Virus record (IMG/VR): IMGVR_UViG_3300018080_000180
Location: 368-64,367 of that record
Strand: one strand, 5' to 3'
From: a virus
Lineage: Duplodnaviria; Caudoviricetes
Length of the DNA: 64,000 bases
Below are positions 62,713 through 64,000 of the stretch, in pieces. The position numbers and the translations under genes were made by a program. How positions within the stretch are numbered: position 1 is the first letter of the stretch; the number at the start of each line of letters is the position of its first letter. The notes under the pieces are model-generated. The model made no database searches. It saw nothing but the letters and a program-made list of their open reading frames with translations, and was not told where the DNA came from.

Positions 62713-62816
62713 CAGCTCCACCATCCGTTAAGAACACCGAGCAAGACAATCACGACCCCGGCTATCGATCCGAGCGTAATTGCCACCATCCATAACTCCA
62801 GCTCCCTGTCGGTCAT
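62712..62816 (-). CDS. Small membrane protein (34 aa)
   Basis: MTDRELELWMVAITLGSIAGVVIVLLGVLNGWWS; TGATG coupling both sides. Confidence 0.5.
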   Translation of the reverse strand: MTDRELELWMVAITLGSIAGVVIVLLGVLNGWWS

Positions 62817-63064
62817 CAGTACCCTCCGTAGGTTTCTGCAGGCTTAATAGCCGCCATACGTTTCCGCCGCCCCGCCTCGCTCTCGATCCTTCCGCACTCG
62901 TCGCACCGATGACTTGCGACCTCACACCTTCTTGTTTTTTCGTTTCGCCTTTGCCGGGGGGTGCTGAAGAACGTGTCCACCCCGCACCCGAGACAGTTGA
63001 GTCTTACTTCCCCCGCCGACGTTAATGTGTGGGGTTGTATCTTCGAAGTCGTTGAAGAGCGCAT
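62816..63064 (-). CDS. Zn-finger protein (82 aa)
   Basis: CLGCG...CDECG; coupled. Confidence 0.55.
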   Translation of the reverse strand: MRSSTTSKIQPHTLTSAGEVRLNCLGCGVDTFFSTPRQRRNEKTRRCEVASHRCDECGRIESEAGRRKRMAAIKPAETYGGY

Positions 63065-63504
63065 CAGTAACCTCTCGATCCTCCAGCGGAGTGATCAGGC
63101 TGATGTACCGGCTCGTTTTCGGCCTGATGTTCTTGTACGTGTGCCACGCCTTCAATATCGGCATACTTTGTCATCTCCCTTCTTTCGTCGGCCTTTCGAC
63201 AGTAGTCCGCATACCACGGCTCATTTGCAAGCAGCTTCTTGTGCCACTCCGGAGCAATAATCCGGAACTTGTCTTCCTTGAACTCATCAAGAAATGCAAC
63301 ATAGTCCTGCTCTTTCTCGTGATCCATGGTTGTCCACGTCAGGCCCATGCCACTGTTGAACATGAGAAGGGCTTCGCCGGCAGGGTATCCCATCGCATAC
63401 GCTTCGTCCTGAAGCCTACGGAGGAATTCAATAACGTCCTGCGCTTCGTCGGGCAGCTTCCTGCTCCGGAGCTCGTCTTGGCTGCAGCAATCAATCAATC
63501 TCAT
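63064..63504 (-). CDS. Hypothetical protein (146 aa)
   Basis: GAGGT SD, ATGA coupling. Confidence 0.6.
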   Translation of the reverse strand: MRLIDCCSQDELRSRKLPDEAQDVIEFLRRLQDEAYAMGYPAGEALLMFNSGMGLTWTTMDHEKEQDYVAFLDEFKEDKFRIIAPEWHKKLLANEPWYADYCRKADERREMTKYADIEGVAHVQEHQAENEPVHQPDHSAGGSRGY

Positions 63505-64000
63505 AGCGGCACCTCACCTATCTTTCCCGTAGCCAATTTGAAAGACCTCCTGAATTCAGCCAACTCCTCATCGGTCATCCGCTCCTCTGGGGTGGGCGCA
63601 GGGGCTTTGGGTGCCGGCGGCCGACGTTCTGAGCTCCTGCGCTCCCGTAGCCTCTGCTCCTTGCGCTTCCGGGAATAATAGCCACGTTCCTCGGCCTCAT
63701 CCCTTCGAGCCCAGTTACGGACAGCCATGACCCAGTTGGCGTACATGGCGTTCTTTGCCTCGCTGTACTCTTCCGCGCTCTGGTAATAGTGGCGAGCCTT
63801 GTCGACCGGCCACTTCGTTGCTGCCACAAAGGCATCGAAGTCATAGAACGGGGAATTCTTGAACAGGTGCTTACCGGCCTTTTTTGGCTTCCCCCTTTCC
63901 CCCATACCCCCTTTTCCCCCAGAAGCAGAAGCAGAAGCAGAAGCATAGATGTCCCGGACACTTTGGGACATTGTCCCACCTTGTCCCTTTTCTTCGGATA
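63501..64000 (-). CDS. Replication initiator-like protein, C-terminal part (enters from window end)
   Basis: Frame open to window edge; (GCTTCT)x4 ASASAS linker; YANWVMAVRNWARRD C-terminal motif. Confidence 0.6.
   Translation of the reverse strand, partial: SEEKGQGGTMSQSVRDIYASASASASGGKGGMGERGKPKKAGKHLFKNSPFYDFDAFVAATKWPVDKARHYYQSAEEYSEAKNAMYANWVMAVRNWARRDEAEERGYYSRKRKEQRLRERRSSERRPPAPKAPAPTPEERMTDEELAEFRRSFKLATGKIGEVPL

Noticed and set aside
1-64000. Integrase, DNA polymerase, Cas genes or reverse transcriptase
   Set aside because: No recognisable motifs in any ORF

Overview
Near-complete ~64 kb tailed dsDNA phage genome (podovirus-like, with P22/N4-like head and short-tail genes). Nearly all genes are on the minus strand. 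The window probably opens and closes inside one replication-initiator gene, which implies a circular or permuted genome slightly larger than the window. Modules: recombination/replication (ERF, PD-(D/E)xK exonuclease, SSB, NinB-like, SNF2 helicase, tRNA-His); lysis; four ejection proteins including a 4265-aa polyvalent protein; tail/decoration genes; MCP, scaffold and portal; a glycosyl/sulfo/phospho-transferase cluster; TerL and TerS; GroES; and a Tad1-like sponge. Most unusual signals: (1) an array of attC-like hairpin-bounded gene cassettes with interlocking GTT/AAC cores between TerS and TerL, with no integrase in the window; (2) a LAGLIDADG homing endonuclease nested antisense and in codon register inside the still-open helicase frame, with its promoter written into helicase codons; (3) an operator-bearing early-type promoter plus a small out-of-frame gene hidden inside the giant protein gene; (4) a tail nozzle gene split around two inserted genes; (5) a TerL with a second, degenerate nuclease domain. 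All family calls are by-eye motif recognition, not database results.
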